This document shows positions 19,851-30,223 of a stretch of 64,000 nt of DNA, piece by piece (the first letter of the stretch is position 1; each line of letters starts with the position of its first letter). A program made the position numbers and the translations under genes. Origin of the DNA: SAR202 cluster bacterium (GTDB lineage Bacteria; Chloroflexota; Dehalococcoidia; UBA6926; VFHL01); assembly GCA_009392005.1 (NCBI GenBank), contig VFHL01000001.1, positions 184,392 through 248,391 of the forward strand. The letters run 5' to 3'. The notes under the pieces are model-generated. The model saw only the letters and a program-made list of their open reading frames with translations, was not told the DNA's origin and did not search any database.

Positions 19851-20612
19851 ATGGCGTCTTTATTTGACTTACATGTTCATACGACTGGTGGCAGTCCCGA
19901 TAGTGATCTTTCCCCAGAAGAATTCGTTGAAGAAGCGAGGCGTTTGGGTTTGAATGGGGGGCTTTTTTCTGAGCATAATGGATTCCCACGGCATGAATTT
20001 GAACGCATTGCTAAGCAAGCTGATGATTTGGTTCTTATAAATGGCATTGAGTTCTATACGAATTATGGCCATGTGCTGACGATTGGCATAGATGGTTATT
20101 CCGGGGGTGTTATTGACATTAGTGTTCTTCGAGAGCAAGTCGATAAAGCGGATGGATTTATGATTCTAGCGCATCCTTTTCGATTCTTGTTCGATCCTTC
20201 AGGTTTATATACACGGAATATTTTGTTTGAAGATCCGAATAATATTCCACAAACTGCAGAGGAAGCTGCTGAGCATGCAGTATTTGAGATAATAGATGAA
20301 GTCGAGGTGGTTAATGGTGGGAATCTCCAGGAAGAGAATCGCTTCGCGCAAGGGGTTGTGAAAGTGGTTGGCAAGAAGGGTACAGGCGGAAGCGATGCTC
20401 ATTCGACAAATGGATTAGCAAAAGGTATGACTGTATTCCATGGAGATATCCGCAACCAAGAAGATCTAGTTGAAGCCCTTAGAGCAGGTGCATTCACGCC
20501 GGTAGAGAATTATCACATTGGTAAGACATCCCTTTATGGGGATTTGGTTGAAGATGTGAAGCCATTTCTCGAATCACTTGATTCTTATGATGCAGGTCCG
20601 GACCAAAAATAA
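19851..20612 (+). CDS. PHP-family metal-dependent phosphoesterase
   Basis: DLHVHT, SEHN, GHV, AHPFR, GGSDAH motifs. Confidence 0.9.
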   Translation: MASLFDLHVHTTGGSPDSDLSPEEFVEEARRLGLNGGLFSEHNGFPRHEFERIAKQADDLVLINGIEFYTNYGHVLTIGIDGYSGGVIDISVLREQVDKADGFMILAHPFRFLFDPSGLYTRNILFEDPNNIPQTAEEAAEHAVFEIIDEVEVVNGGNLQEENRFAQGVVKVVGKKGTGGSDAHSTNGLAKGMTVFHGDIRNQEDLVEALRAGAFTPVENYHIGKTSLYGDLVEDVKPFLESLDSYDAGPDQK

Positions 20613-20850
20613 ACATGGCATCGCAGAATAAATTTAGATAAAAAATTTTCGGCCTATGCTGCGTTTCGATGAATTACGATCGCTAACGGTGCAAACACTG
20701 GCGCACTTTATTTGGTTATGTCGCAAGCATGAAAATTATGTTGATGATTTAGTACGTAACATTAAAGCTCTTGTTCCTGCTAGAATGCAGCCTCTTTTAT
20801 CTCTAGGTCTACTCAGGTACTATGGGTGAAAATCGTGAGAGAGCGATACA

Positions 20851-21849
20851 ATGCCAGCGAATTTGACTCCCGTTTATTACGAAGCTGAGAGGAAATATAA
20901 AACAGCAAGAAGTGTTCCTGAAAGGGTTGCTGCTCTACAGGAAATGTTAGCTGTTATGCCCAAACACAAGGGGACAGATCATCTTCAGGCAGACCTGAAG
21001 TCCCGTATCGCGAAACTGTTGGATGATCTGGATAAACCGACATCAGGACCGAAGCGAACAACGAATCCATTTAACATTCGCAAAGAGGGCGCGGGACAAA
21101 TTGCTCTTGTGGGCTACGCAAATGCTGGAAAATCCGCATTACTGGCAAATTTCACTGGAGCTGCTGCCAAAGTCGCTTCGTACTCATACACAACATTGGT
21201 CCCGTCTCTGGGAATGCTGCCTTACGGTAATGTTCAAATGCAGCTAGTCGACATACCGGCAATTGATGCTCCTGCAACACAGACTTCACTTTTTGGTTTA
21301 CTTAGGAATACGAGTTTATTTGCTTTGGTTGTAGACCTCACTGGAGATCCGGTAAGTCAAGCAACAAGTTTGATGGCTCATTTGGCTGACTGGGGTTTTG
21401 AGCTTTTAGGATTGCAGCATGATCAAGATACAGCAGAAGAAGATCAACATCGCGGAAAACCAGTTGTGTTGGTTGGTACGAAGGCAGATATCGAGGGAGG
21501 CTTAGATGGCTATCAGGCTTTGGAGATGGCGTTCGAATCAAAATTCCCCGTTGTTATGACTTCCGCTAATGAGAGGTTGGGCGCAGATGATTTCGCAGAT
21601 GCCGTTTATCAATTATTAGATGTCGTGCGCGTTTATACGAAAACTCCAGGTCAAGCTGCTGTTTTATCCAATCCATTGGTATTGAGCCGTGGCAGCACTA
21701 TATATGATGTTGCGGAAGATGTTCATAAAGATTTACTCAAGGGTTTTAAATATGCTCTTTTGTGGGGCTCTTCTGGTAAATTTGATGGTCAGCGTGTAGG
21801 GCGCGACCATGAGGTTGCTGATGGTGATGTTGTTGAATTACATATATAA
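20851..21849 (+). CDS. DRG/Obg-like GTPase with C-terminal TGS domain
   Basis: MPANL..., PKHKGT, GYANAGKS, YSYTT, TKAD, C-terminal GQRVGRDH...DGDVVELH. Confidence 0.9.
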   Translation: MPANLTPVYYEAERKYKTARSVPERVAALQEMLAVMPKHKGTDHLQADLKSRIAKLLDDLDKPTSGPKRTTNPFNIRKEGAGQIALVGYANAGKSALLANFTGAAAKVASYSYTTLVPSLGMLPYGNVQMQLVDIPAIDAPATQTSLFGLLRNTSLFALVVDLTGDPVSQATSLMAHLADWGFELLGLQHDQDTAEEDQHRGKPVVLVGTKADIEGGLDGYQALEMAFESKFPVVMTSANERLGADDFADAVYQLLDVVRVYTKTPGQAAVLSNPLVLSRGSTIYDVAEDVHKDLLKGFKYALLWGSSGKFDGQRVGRDHEVADGDVVELHI

Positions 21850-21885
21850 AGTGGGCCGCTTTTGTCATTAATATAAACAGCAGAT

Positions 21886-23157
21886 CTAATCAATGTTAGA
21901 AAAACCGGTGTATGGCCTAAGTACTTCAGGGATGTTTATCGAACCGTTTTCTTGTTGATATGTTTCCATGATGGCAATCATTATCCGCGGTAACGCGACG
22001 CCTGATCCGTTCAAGGTGTGAACAAATTCTGGACGATTTGTTTGGCCATCACTGTCCACAGGTCGGTAACGTATGTTTGCACGTCGGGCTTGGAAATCAC
22101 TGCATGTCGAGCATGAACTTACTTCAAGCCATTCTTTGCAACCGGGAGCCCATACTTCTATGTCGAAGCTTTTTGCAGCTGCGGCTCCAAGATCGCCAGT
22201 GCATAGCTCAACAACTCGATATGCCAATCCTAAACGCTTTGGGATCTCTTCAGCGTGGCTTAGTAGCTTTTTTAGCTCCATTAAAGAATCTTCAGGTTTG
22301 ACAAATCGGTATAGCTCGACCTTGTCAAACTGATGCCCTCTCTTGATTCCACGAACATCTCTCCCTGCCGACATTTTTTCTCTACGGAAACATGCAGTGT
22401 ACGCTGTGTAAGAGATTGGCATCTCTTCTATGTCAAAGATTTCATCTCTATGCATATTGGTGAGAGGCACTTCAGCAGTGGGAATCATCCAAAGGTCTTC
22501 CTCAATATCCCGATACAGGTTGTCCTGAAATTTGGGTAGTTGCCCGCTAGCTCGCATGCCCTCCTCGGTGATCATATATGGAGGGTATATTTCAGTGTAT
22601 TGGTGTTCTTCTGTATGCAGGTCTAACATCCATTGGATCAGTGCACGCTGAAGTTTTGCGGCCTTTTTTTTCAGAACATAGAATCTTGAACCTGCCATTC
22701 TTGCTCCGCGTTCAAAATCAATGATATCTAAGCGCGTTCCCAGATCCCAATGTGCTTCCGTCTCAAAGTCAAATGAAGGGGTATCTCCTTCAATTCGAAC
22801 AACTTTATTGGCTCTTTCATCTTCGCCAAAAGGTACTGATGGATCCGGTAAATTTGGGAGATGGGAGAGTTGTGTTTGGATTTCATTGTCAATTACGTGC
22901 AATTCATCTTCTTGAGTCTTAATGCGTTCTCCTAGTTCACGCATTTCTTTCATGATTTCGGGTGTGCGTTGCTCAGGATTGGACATATTACGCGAAACGC
23001 TGTTGCGCTGAGCACGCATTTCTTCAGATTCGTGAAGCAGCAGACGTTTTTTTTTGTCGAGTTCAAGAATCGTTTCGATGCTTGTTTCCTCGCCACGGAG
23101 TGCCAAAGCACTTTTGACCAAGTCAGGCTCTTCTCTTATTTGGCGAATGTCAATCAT
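21886..23157 (-). CDS. serS: Serine--tRNA ligase
   Basis: N-terminal coiled coil, PTAEVP, FRRE, HQFDKVE, EVSSCS, HTLNGSG. Confidence 0.98.
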   Translation of the reverse strand: MIDIRQIREEPDLVKSALALRGEETSIETILELDKKKRLLLHESEEMRAQRNSVSRNMSNPEQRTPEIMKEMRELGERIKTQEDELHVIDNEIQTQLSHLPNLPDPSVPFGEDERANKVVRIEGDTPSFDFETEAHWDLGTRLDIIDFERGARMAGSRFYVLKKKAAKLQRALIQWMLDLHTEEHQYTEIYPPYMITEEGMRASGQLPKFQDNLYRDIEEDLWMIPTAEVPLTNMHRDEIFDIEEMPISYTAYTACFRREKMSAGRDVRGIKRGHQFDKVELYRFVKPEDSLMELKKLLSHAEEIPKRLGLAYRVVELCTGDLGAAAAKSFDIEVWAPGCKEWLEVSSCSTCSDFQARRANIRYRPVDSDGQTNRPEFVHTLNGSGVALPRIMIAIMETYQQENGSINIPEVLRPYTGFSNID

Positions 23158-23410
23158 AACGTATTGGTCCTTTTCCCTTTTCGTGCATATCTATCACTTA
23201 TCGTAGCATGTGAGAGACAAAATATTATCAGTCTTCCTCCGATACCAGAAGATACTTTTCTATGCAAGTTTGTTTTCTAGTTCGGTGGGATCTTGACCGT
23301 TCATTTTTGACCAAAGTGTTTTTCGTAAAATCAGATCATCATATCCGTCCATTTTGCTCACGGTATCGTTTCAACAAAAAGAAGAAACGAAAAAAGTTTG
23401 GTTGGATTCC

Positions 23411-23439
23411 TTGAGCCTTAGGGGTCCTATTGATATGAT
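23411..23439 (+). promoter_or_regulatory. Promoter of the gcv operon
   Basis: TTGAGC-17 nt-TATGAT with an extended -10 TG. Confidence 0.6.
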
Positions 23440-23478
23440 CCACTTACTATTCTGAACTGATGTATTGAGAGGCGATTT

Positions 23479-24561
23479 GTGTCTTTAAGTGTAACTGCAT
23501 TGCATTCTGCGCATGCCAATTTGAGAGGGCGCATGATTGACTTTAATGGTTGGTCTATGCCTGTTCAGTATGAAGGGATTATGGCTGAGCATCGCGTTGT
23601 TCGTGAAGGATGTGGAATCTTTGATGTAAGCCACATGGGGCGTATACGAATCGATGGTGCTGACGCGCCAGAATTTCTGAATATGTTACTCACGAATGAG
23701 TTTGCGAGCATGAAACCTGGGCTTGCTCGATACAGTTTGCTGTGTCGAGAAGATGGCGGGATCATTGATGACATGGTGATTTTCCGCTTGGGAAGTGCCG
23801 AATATTTGGCAATCCCTAACGCAGGTAGTTATGAAAAAGTATTGACATGGTTGAATAAATGGGCGGTTGATTTTCAGGGTTTGAGTGTTGTTCCCCTTCG
23901 CGATGAGACATCAATGATTGCTGTCCAAGGGCCTCGTTCGGAACAAATTATGGAACGGCTAACGGGTTTGGATTTAAACGGAATGCGGCGGTTTTCGCAC
24001 ACCCAGGTTTCGATTTTTGGTCGTAATGTACTCGTAGCTCGAACGGGTTATACGGGGGAAGATGGTTTTGAAGTTATTAGCGAATCAGGGGATGCTATGG
24101 CCATATGGGAAGCATTGATGGGTGAAGGTTGTGTACCCTGTGGACTTGGATCTAGGGATACTTTGAGGTTAGAGGCTGGTTTGCTGCTTTATGGCTCTGA
24201 TATGGATGAATCAATTAATCCGTTGGAAGTAGGATTAACAAAATTTATTAATTTTAATAAGGATTTTGTTGGGGTAGAGGCGCTTCGTGCCCAAGAGACG
24301 GCCGGTGTGCAACGACATCTTTATGGTCTTTGTGTGGATAAAAAAGAGGGTATTCCCAGAGCTCATCAAGAGGTCTACTCGAATGGGGAATTGATTGGCG
24401 AAACGACTAGTGGTACGTTTGCACCGAGCTTAGGAATAGGTATTGCGCTCGCTCTATTATCTTCAGATTTTGAAGTGGGAGCAACGGTTGAGGTTGATAT
24501 ACGGGGTAAACGCGTGTCATCAACGATTTCGCAACTTCCGTTTTATGTAAAAAAGGATTAG
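23479..24561 (+). CDS. gcvT: Glycine cleavage aminomethyltransferase T
   Basis: FDVSHMG, RTGYTGEDGFE, GLGSRDTLRLEAG. Confidence 0.97.
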   Translation: MSLSVTALHSAHANLRGRMIDFNGWSMPVQYEGIMAEHRVVREGCGIFDVSHMGRIRIDGADAPEFLNMLLTNEFASMKPGLARYSLLCREDGGIIDDMVIFRLGSAEYLAIPNAGSYEKVLTWLNKWAVDFQGLSVVPLRDETSMIAVQGPRSEQIMERLTGLDLNGMRRFSHTQVSIFGRNVLVARTGYTGEDGFEVISESGDAMAIWEALMGEGCVPCGLGSRDTLRLEAGLLLYGSDMDESINPLEVGLTKFINFNKDFVGVEALRAQETAGVQRHLYGLCVDKKEGIPRAHQEVYSNGELIGETTSGTFAPSLGIGIALALLSSDFEVGATVEVDIRGKRVSSTISQLPFYVKKD

Positions 24562-24569
24562 GAGTAGGC

Positions 24570-24956
24570 ATGGATTCGACAGCGCTTAAATACAGCAAAG
24601 AACATGAGTGGATATCTGTTGATGATCGTGACGTGCATACGGTGGGTATCACAAATTATGCTCAGGCGGAATTAGGGGACGTGGTTTTTGTTGCCTTACC
24701 AGAAGTGGGAGCAGAGGTTGTTCAATTTTCGCAAATGGGTGAGATTGAATCTGTAAAGGCGGTCTCTGATTTGTTCTCTCCAGTGAGCGGCGTCGTTGTT
24801 GAGGTGAATGAGGCTCTCGCGGATCATCCTGAGCTCGTTAATCAAGATCCACTGGGTGAAGGATGGCTCCTCAAGGTGCGACTATCTGATGCAAATGAAT
24901 TGGATGCATTGATGACGGAAGATGAATATGAAGAGATGACTGAGGGTTTGCACTAA
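24570..24956 (+). CDS. gcvH: Glycine cleavage H protein
   Basis: HEW, LGDVVFV, ESVKA lipoyl-Lys motif. Confidence 0.97.
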   Translation: MDSTALKYSKEHEWISVDDRDVHTVGITNYAQAELGDVVFVALPEVGAEVVQFSQMGEIESVKAVSDLFSPVSGVVVEVNEALADHPELVNQDPLGEGWLLKVRLSDANELDALMTEDEYEEMTEGLH

Positions 24957-26249
24957 ATGGTTACACCATATATTCCTAATACACAAGATGATCAAAATCG
25001 CATCATGGAAACAATTGGGATTAGCTCGGTTGATGAATTGTTTAGAGATATTCCTCGAGGCAGGCTAAATCCATCGTTTGATTTACCGGGTCCAATGGCA
25101 GAAGCTGATTTGCTTCGAGAACTTCAATCAATGGCGGCAAAGAACTGGACTCTTGATGTTCATACATCTTTTCTAGGCAATGGTTCGACTAACCGTTTTG
25201 TACCAAGTATTGTCGGGCATATTATTGGGCGCAATGAATTTTTAACAGCGTATACGCCATATCAGCCAGAAGTTAGCCAAGGGATTTTGCAAGCAATTTA
25301 TGAATACCAATCTTTGGTTAGTCAATTGTTTCAGATGGATGCAACAAATGCTGGAATGTATGACGGAGCTTCTGCGCTTGCTGAGGCAGCTTTAATGGCC
25401 TGCCGCCAAACTAAGCGTAATCGCGTTGCTGTAAGAAAATCTATTTCCCCGTTATTGCGAGAAGTTTTAGAAACATATCTAAATGCCCAGGAAATTGAAA
25501 TAGTTGAAAATGTTGATGATGAAAGTGCGTGTCTCATTGTTCAGCAGCCAAACCATTTAGGCGTTTGGGAGTCAACTGATGGACTCGCTGCTGAAACACA
25601 CTCATTAGGGGCCTTACTTGTCTGTTCGGTCGATCCATTGTCGCTAGGGATGTTTGCGGCTCCAGGTTCGTATGGAGCGGACATTGTGGTAGCGGAAGGG
25701 CAAAGTCTTGGAATAGCACCAAGTTTTGGTGGCCCTGGTCTCGGAATATTTTCGTGTCGCAAGGAGTATGTTCGCCAAATGCCGAGCCGTATAGTTGGAC
25801 GTACGTTTGATGGCAACGGCAAAGAGGGATTTGTTTTAACGTTGCAGACGCGCGAACAGCATATTCGACGTGAAAAGGCGACGTCCAATATTTGTACCAA
25901 TGAAACATTATTGGCGATAGCGACCGCAGTTTATTTGGCCGCTCTAGGTCCAAAGGGATTAAGACAGGTTTCTGAGCTTGCATATCATAAGGCCCACTAT
26001 GCAGCTCAAAGGATTGGTGACCTCTCTGGTTTCTCGGTTAATGATGGAGACATTTTTTTCGACGAATTTGTGGTGCAATGTCCCCAATCACCTGAGGCAA
26101 CAAATCAATATTTATTGGATAAGGGCATTTTAGGAGGGATTGATGTGAGTTCTTCTGTGCCAAATGGTTTACTACTTTGTGTAACTGAGTTGGTCACACG
26201 GGATCAAATTGATGAACTTGTATCGTGTTTAGAAAGAATGGAGAATTGA
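24957..26249 (+). CDS. gcvPA: Glycine dehydrogenase subunit 1
   Basis: TAYTPYQPEVSQG, LQTREQHIRREKATSNICTN. Confidence 0.97.
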   Translation: MVTPYIPNTQDDQNRIMETIGISSVDELFRDIPRGRLNPSFDLPGPMAEADLLRELQSMAAKNWTLDVHTSFLGNGSTNRFVPSIVGHIIGRNEFLTAYTPYQPEVSQGILQAIYEYQSLVSQLFQMDATNAGMYDGASALAEAALMACRQTKRNRVAVRKSISPLLREVLETYLNAQEIEIVENVDDESACLIVQQPNHLGVWESTDGLAAETHSLGALLVCSVDPLSLGMFAAPGSYGADIVVAEGQSLGIAPSFGGPGLGIFSCRKEYVRQMPSRIVGRTFDGNGKEGFVLTLQTREQHIRREKATSNICTNETLLAIATAVYLAALGPKGLRQVSELAYHKAHYAAQRIGDLSGFSVNDGDIFFDEFVVQCPQSPEATNQYLLDKGILGGIDVSSSVPNGLLLCVTELVTRDQIDELVSCLERMEN

Positions 26250-26251
26250 AC

Positions 26252-27709
26252 GTGGGCGTTACAGCGCAAGATAATAAAACGCGGCTATTAATGGATCAGA
26301 GTCGCTCTGGTCGCCGTGGCGCGACAATCCCCGCGCTCGATGTACCAAGGTCAGATTTGCCACCTGATAACATGTTGCGCAGGGAATTGGATTTGCCAGA
26401 ACTGAGCGAACCGGAGATTATCCGATATTTCATTCGATTGAGTTCAATGAATTACTCTGTTGATACGAATTTTTACCCTCTTGGCAGTTGTACGATGAAG
26501 TACAATCCAAAAATTAATGATGAAATAGCTCGATTGCCTGGATTTGCACGAATTCATCCATTCCAACCGGAAGAGACGGTTCAAGGAGCGCTAGAACTTT
26601 TGCATCACTTGCAAGATTTATTGGCGGAAATTACTGGTATGGATGCTGTTAGTCTCGCGCCTAGCGCAGGTGCACATGGAGAGTTCAGTGGGATGCTGCT
26701 TTTTCGGTCCTATCATAAATCGCGTGGGGATGTAAAACGTCAGCAGATACTGGTTCCGGATTCTGCTCATGGAACTAATCCCGCTTCAGCCGCGATGGCA
26801 GGTTTTGAGGTTGTTGAGGTGCAATCAGATGCTGAAGGGAATACTGACTTAGAGGATTTGCGATCAAAGCTTTCGGATTCCGTCGCGGGAATTATGTTAA
26901 CGATGCCTTCGACTTTAGGTTTATTTGATCCAAATGTTGAAGAAGTCTGCAATTTGGTGCATGAAGCAGGTGGACTTGTTTACGGTGATGGTGCGAATAT
27001 GAATGCGATATTGGGCAAGGTGAAACTTGGGGATCTTGGCTTTGACGTCGTCCATTTGAATCTCCATAAAACATTTAGTACTCCACATGGTGGGGGAGGC
27101 CCTGGTGCAGGGCCGATTTGTGTGAAAGAACCTTTCAGTCGCTATTTGCCGAAACCGCATGTTGAGAAAATTGGTGAAGCTTATCGTTTAGTAGCGCCAG
27201 AGGAATCTGTCGGTGCGATAGGGTCATTTTTGGGGAACTTTGGAGTATTGGTTCGCGCTTTTGTGTACATTCGTACTTTAGGTGCAGATGGGTTGCGGGC
27301 GGTTAGTGAGAATGCTGTTTTAAATGCAAATTATGTGCTGGCTCGGTTGCGGGACAAATATTTTCTTCCTTATGATCGCTCCTGCATGCACGAAGTTGTT
27401 TTTTCAGCTAATTGGCAGAAGCGTCATGGTGTAAAGGCATTAGATATTGGCAAACGATTACTGGATCATGGGTTCTATGCACCTACGATTTATTTTCCAT
27501 TGATTGTTGAAGAGGCAATGATGATTGAGCCAACAGAGACAGAAACTCTGGAAACGATTGACGAATTCATTGATGCAATGCTGGACATTGCTGAAGAAGC
27601 GGAAAAGGATCCGGACATTGTTATTGGTGCGCCGTATACGACTCCGGTCATACGGTTAGATGAAGCTTTAGCTGCTCGACAGCCTGATTTGAGATGGACT
27701 GAACGTTAG
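26252..27709 (+). CDS. gcvPB: Glycine dehydrogenase subunit 2
   Basis: PLGSCTMKYNP, HLNLHKTFSTPHGGGGPG (PLP Lys); GTG 26252 after GGAG. Confidence 0.97.
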   Translation: MGVTAQDNKTRLLMDQSRSGRRGATIPALDVPRSDLPPDNMLRRELDLPELSEPEIIRYFIRLSSMNYSVDTNFYPLGSCTMKYNPKINDEIARLPGFARIHPFQPEETVQGALELLHHLQDLLAEITGMDAVSLAPSAGAHGEFSGMLLFRSYHKSRGDVKRQQILVPDSAHGTNPASAAMAGFEVVEVQSDAEGNTDLEDLRSKLSDSVAGIMLTMPSTLGLFDPNVEEVCNLVHEAGGLVYGDGANMNAILGKVKLGDLGFDVVHLNLHKTFSTPHGGGGPGAGPICVKEPFSRYLPKPHVEKIGEAYRLVAPEESVGAIGSFLGNFGVLVRAFVYIRTLGADGLRAVSENAVLNANYVLARLRDKYFLPYDRSCMHEVVFSANWQKRHGVKALDIGKRLLDHGFYAPTIYFPLIVEEAMMIEPTETETLETIDEFIDAMLDIAEEAEKDPDIVIGAPYTTPVIRLDEALAARQPDLRWTER

Positions 27710-28146
27710 ATTTGGTGTTTGTTTAGCCAGTCTATGACACCTTCGTCTAGGGTGTCGCAGGCTAAAACAGCGCATTTGATTCTGACTGGGTAGTGTGCAA
27801 CTCCTTGAAGTGCGACTAAATCACCAAGGTCATCAATATTGTTTGGCTCGCTGCCATTCATCAATTCGTGGAATCCTGCTGCAATTGCACGGGCTTGATC
27901 TAGGGTTTTTCCTTTGAGAACATCAGTGAGAATTGAGGCTGATGCCTGACTGATGGAACAGCCTTGGCCAAAGAAAAATGCAACATCTATTTGATCGCCA
28001 TCGAGTACAATTTGGATATTGATTTCGTCTCCGCAAACCGGGTTTTTTTGGTGATTCGCAATGTCGGCATCATCAAGCTGCCGTTTGTTGCGGGGGGTAC
28101 GGTTGTGATCCAAAATGATGTCTCGATAAAGCTCTTCAAGTTCCAT
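27706..28146 (-). CDS. sufU: SUF system sulfur-transfer/scaffold protein SufU
   Basis: LYRDIILDH, NPVCGD, GCSISQAS, RIKCA. Confidence 0.95.
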   Translation of the reverse strand: MELEELYRDIILDHNRTPRNKRQLDDADIANHQKNPVCGDEINIQIVLDGDQIDVAFFFGQGCSISQASASILTDVLKGKTLDQARAIAAGFHELMNGSEPNNIDDLGDLVALQGVAHYPVRIKCAVLACDTLDEGVIDWLNKHQI

Positions 28147-29392
28147 TGTTAAAAAATTTACCTGCTTTCATCAGTGAAGTGATCAACATGTCGATGTCTT
28201 GCTTAGTGGTGTAAATGTACAAGCTGGCACGTGTCGTTGCGGGGACCTTTAGGACATTCATGAGAGGCTGGGCACAATGGTGGCCAGCTCGAACTGCTAT
28301 TCCATCAGTATCAAGAGCAGTAGCTAGATCATGTGGATGGATATCTTGATACCAGAAGGATAGTACCCCACCTCTTTCCTCAATATTGGTTGGGCCAAAT
28401 ACTCTAGCGCCTATTTTTGTTAGCGAATCTAGAGCGTAAGTCGTTAATTCTTTTTCATGTGCACGGACATTATCCATTCCCAGATTTTCCAAGTATTGTA
28501 TAGCTGTGCCAAATGCGATAGTGTCCGCAATATTCGGGGTACCAGCTTCGTATCTCCATGGTGCTTTTTTATACGTGGATGCTTGTAAATGAACTTCATC
28601 AATCATTTCACCACCACCCAAAAAAGGGGACATTTCTTGTAGCGTGGCTGTCTTGCCATATAAAACCCCGATACCAGTCGGTCCAAGCATCTTGTGGCTT
28701 GAAAATGCAAGGAAATCACAGTCCAAATTTGTAACATTAATAGGCATATGTGGGACACTTTGGGCGGCGTCTAGTACAACAATTGCACCCGCTTGATGTG
28801 CTCGTTCAATTATTTCTTCAGTCGAATTGATTGTGCCGAGTACATTGGACATGTGAACGAAACTCACAAGTCTCGTTTTTTTATTGATCAGGGTGTTTAA
28901 ATCGGATAGATCCAATTCGCCATCCTCATTTATCGGGATGTATTTGATAGTCGCTTGGCGCTCTTCTGCAAGAATCTGCCAGGGGACTATGTTGGAGTGA
29001 TGTTCCATTTCTGTCAAAAGGATTTCATCTCCCGTTTCGATGTTTTCACGTCCCCATGCGTATGCGATCAAATTAATACTTTCGGTCGTATTCCGTGTGA
29101 AAATGATATTCTCTGGTTCTTTTGCACCAATGAAATTCGCGACGATGCTACGGACTTCCTCATATGCAGCTGTTGCCTCTTCGCTGATTTTATAAATACC
29201 ACGATGGATATTTGCATTGGTTGTTTCGTAATATGTAGTCAATGTATCGATTACGGCTTGCGGTTTTTGAGACGTCGCTGCATTGTCAAGATAGACAAGT
29301 GGTTTTCCGTTAATAATTCGCTTAAGAATAGGGAAGTCATTTCGTATTTTGGCGCTATCAAATGTAGGTGTGTTGCGTTGAAGATTAGCCAA
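28136..29392 (-). CDS. sufS: Cysteine desulfurase, SufS type
   Basis: YLDNAATSQKP, SSHKMLGPTG, RAGHHCA. Confidence 0.96.
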   Translation of the reverse strand: MANLQRNTPTFDSAKIRNDFPILKRIINGKPLVYLDNAATSQKPQAVIDTLTTYYETTNANIHRGIYKISEEATAAYEEVRSIVANFIGAKEPENIIFTRNTTESINLIAYAWGRENIETGDEILLTEMEHHSNIVPWQILAEERQATIKYIPINEDGELDLSDLNTLINKKTRLVSFVHMSNVLGTINSTEEIIERAHQAGAIVVLDAAQSVPHMPINVTNLDCDFLAFSSHKMLGPTGIGVLYGKTATLQEMSPFLGGGEMIDEVHLQASTYKKAPWRYEAGTPNIADTIAFGTAIQYLENLGMDNVRAHEKELTTYALDSLTKIGARVFGPTNIEERGGVLSFWYQDIHPHDLATALDTDGIAVRAGHHCAQPLMNVLKVPATTRASLYIYTTKQDIDMLITSLMKAGKFFNNGT

Positions 29393-29486
29393 TGTGTATT
29401 ACTTCCTATTCTTTTCTAATTTGCGCATGTTCTTGGAACTGATTCACTGATCCAATAATGTCAGAGTTGAATTATTCTTAATTTTC

Positions 29487-29501
29487 TTATAATTATTCTA
29501 A
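29487..29501. promoter_or_regulatory. Candidate PerR/Fur-family operator upstream of sufS
   Basis: TTATAATTATTCTAA, one mismatch from the Per-box TTATAATnATTATAA. Confidence 0.5.
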
Positions 29502-29618
29502 CGGCATCACCAACGGGGCTCAATAGTGGTGGTTATGTCGTATTGACCAAAACATTGGTGAGGCGCTTCTTTGACCACTTATTTGTTCAACTAACCGTGT
29601 AACCATCCCAAAATTAAT

Positions 29619-30191
29619 TTAATCCGAGGCCTCTTTTTCGATTGAGATAACCTTTATATGAAATGTTAATGTTTTGCCAGCAAGTCGATGATTTGAGTCA
29701 ATACGGGCAACTGTTTCATTTATCGCGATAATGGTCGCGGGACGACCTCCCATGCGACCTTCATCGCCCACTGAGATGTCTGCTGGAAGTTGATCTAGCG
29801 GAACATTGGCAATCAGATCCTCACGTTTTTCTCCGTATCCATCTTTTGGCTCAAGGATTGCTGTTATCTCTTCACCAGTTCGGAGTCCACGGACCGCTTG
29901 ATCGAAACCTTTGATCATTCGCCCACTGCCCACTGTGAAAGTGAGTGGTTTTTTACCGATGGAGGAGTCAAATTCTGTGCCATTTTCTAGTGTGCCTGTG
30001 TAATCAACTGAAACCCTGTCTCCGACCTCAACGACATCATTGTTTTTAGAGGCATCAGTATTTTCAATGACTGGCTTGGTATCGGGAGTCAAGAATATTG
30101 TATGCGGTGCGGAATTTTCTCGGTTGTTGCACGCGGCACCAACCAAGAACACTAACGCTAGGAATAGTAAAAGACTTATGTTTTTCATCAT
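29619..30191 (-). CDS. FKBP-type (SlyD/FkpB-like) PPIase lipoprotein
   Basis: Signal peptide with lipobox GAAC; VDYTGTLENGTEFDSS, NHRLAGKTLTF. Confidence 0.9.
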   Translation of the reverse strand: MMKNISLLLFLALVFLVGAACNNRENSAPHTIFLTPDTKPVIENTDASKNNDVVEVGDRVSVDYTGTLENGTEFDSSIGKKPLTFTVGSGRMIKGFDQAVRGLRTGEEITAILEPKDGYGEKREDLIANVPLDQLPADISVGDEGRMGGRPATIIAINETVARIDSNHRLAGKTLTFHIKVISIEKEASD

Positions 30192-30223
30192 GCATAGACA
30201 ACATTCTGGAGCGAGCGTTCCAG

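Noticed and set aside
20656..20829. 57-codon ORF (MLRFDELRSL...) between the PHP and GTPase genes
   Set aside because: No SD and no motif; its length is compatible with chance
23158..23478. Glycine riboswitch before gcvT, or T-box before serS
   Set aside because: No GGAGA...CCGAAG...CTCTCAGG aptamer core and no T-box bulge; the predicted gcv promoter leaves only a short leader
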